A stretch of DNA of 64,000 nucleotides from Octopus sinensis (lineage: Eukaryota): assembly GCF_006345805.1 (NCBI RefSeq), contig NC_043000.1:56172001-56236000 (forward strand), read 5' to 3'. Below, piece by piece: positions 62,379 through 64,000 of the stretch. The notes under the pieces are model-generated. The model made no database searches. It saw only the letters and a list, made by a program, of their open reading frames with translations, and was not told the DNA's origin. The position numbers and the translations under genes are program-made. The first letter of the stretch is position 1. Every line of letters starts with the position of its first letter.

Positions 62379-62970
62379 GATAACAAGTTTGCTTCACAAT
62401 CATCTGTGTATCTGAGTGTTGGATTATTTTCAAAAAGTAAAAAGAAATGAATTTGCACAGTATTCTGGATACAGAATACCTACTTTAAGTCTTTTACTGC
62501 TGCGTGCCAACTGAACTCAGTATCAGAACAGCCCATTAATGCTTGCACCAACAGTCATTAGAGTGAAATATGGCTACTGACAGTTTGTGAGAGAGAAAAC
62601 AATAACGATACAAAATGAGAGTAGAATAAATTATTTCAGAGAAGTGTGAATATATTTGTGACAATACTTGAGTATTTTCAAGTATTTTCAAAGTCAGATT
62701 AAGTTCCTCAGATTGTTTCATGTATCAATATCGTATGTTTGCAAAAACAGAATGTATCAAAAGTAAAATATACAAATACACATGCACACATACTCACACA
62801 CACTCACTCATATATGCACTCTCCCTCACACACACACTTTCATACACACACACACACATGTCCATATAGTTTTTAGAATATAAGAACACAATTTTAGTCT
62901 TCTTACAAAAAGTGGACAAAGTGGTTCCACCATAGGCTTTTAAATCTCAGTGGGAGAAAAATTACATCAA

Positions 62971-63009
62971 TCTGATTAGTTTCCAGTCTTACTAAGCCTT
63001 CATCAGAGA
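62971..63009 (-). ncRNA. Degenerate solo hammerhead motif
   Basis: ucu CUGAUGA aggcuuaguaagacu g GAAACUAAUC aga. Confidence 0.4.
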
Positions 63010-63339
63010 AAAGAAGTCTGTCTTTAGTACAGAGAGAGATTAGTAGCTTATAGTTGTATATAGTGTACACAAACTAGGACTTAAGTAAACTGCTCACTTT
63101 AATATGTATAACAATGGATACACTGACAACATAGCTTGGTTTTATTGGCTGGATGCTACTCCTGTCACAAATCATTTCTTGTTCATATGGACTGGTGCAT
63201 TTTTATCATGCCACTACCATTAGAGACGTAGTCTTCTATGACTGAAAAATTATACCCCTCACCACTACACCTTTTTTTCATAAGCTATCTTCTACGTCCC
63301 TCTTCAGCTGAGCATTCCTATTTTTTCAGACTCATAGGT

Positions 63340-63597
63340 ATTGGTACCATGTAAAAAAAGCACTCGTGCCAGTTCCACATAGGAGCCCCTAGGCCAATGC
63401 TGTGTAAAGGTACTCACTACACTCTGTAAAGTAGTTGGTGTTAGGAAGGGCATCCAGCCATAGAAACCATGCCAAAAACAGGCATGAACCCAGACAGTTT
63501 TTCAGCTGGCCAGTCCCAGTCAAGCAGTCCAACCCATGCCAGCATGGAGACCGGATTGATGATGATGATGATAATAATGATGATGGCGATGATGATT
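63340..63597 (+). mobile_element. RTE 3' tail (family D)
   Basis: ttaggaagggcatccagcc...aacccatgccagcatgg...(GAT)n. Confidence 0.8.
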
Positions 63598-63868
63598 ATA
63601 TTGAGTTTATTCAGACTGCCAAAATTCTTAGATGAATTATTCCCACTGTTGCTATGAAGCCATACCTCTTCAAATAGATAAGGCAGGGAAATTGCTATGT
63701 TTCAAGCAACTCTCATACTTTGGCAAAAGGGCAAAAGAGGTGGAGGGTCAGTATGAAGCAGATGACCAGTGGTAATGCAAAAGAATTCATAGTACAAGGC
63801 AAGAGTACATTAGAATTGGGTATATGGTAAGAGAGGGGGGATTTCGATACCATGTTATTAGTTTAGAC

Positions 63869-64000
63869 TAGTGGTTCTCAACTGTTGTTTTATCTATGGA
63901 TCTCTTTGGTTATTGTTTTACTCTAGCGAACCCCCATAGCCATTTGATGGTTAATCCTTTAGCATTCAGATTATTCTGTCAAATGCAATGCTTAGTTATT
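63869..64000. mobile_element. hAT-like MITE end (63869-63950) interrupted at TTAA by a piggyBac-type MITE running off the window
   Basis: tagtggttctcaac start; ttaa|tcctttagcattcagatt matches the 11327 family. Confidence 0.7.

Overview
This is AT-rich, repeat-saturated eukaryotic DNA. The interspersed repeat families (tRNA-head SINEs, RTE tails, mariners) look like those of octopus, a coleoid cephalopod; that assignment is pattern recognition, not a database match. I find no CRISPR array, rRNA, true tRNA gene or intact long CDS, and most ORFs in the supplied track are translations of microsatellites. The window reads as intergenic or large-intron sequence. It contains: dozens of copies of at least three tRNA-derived SINE families plus RTE-LINE 3' tails; decayed RTE and RLE-type (R4/Dong-like) LINE fragments; one full-length dead irritans-type mariner with perfect 37-bp TIRs; fragments of maT (DD37D) and other Tc1/mariner elements; hAT-like and piggyBac-like MITEs; and several long foldback palindromes. 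The most interesting signal is a set of minimal type I hammerhead-ribozyme (HHR) motifs with palindromic stem III, in several small Penelope-like or retrozyme-like repeat families. They cluster at about 18.9-19.3 kb and 44.6-45.4 kb, and several are enclosed by or duplicated as inverted repeats. A few low-confidence isolated exon candidates exist, including a possible minus-strand membrane-protein C-terminus (9857-9924 spliced to 317-391).
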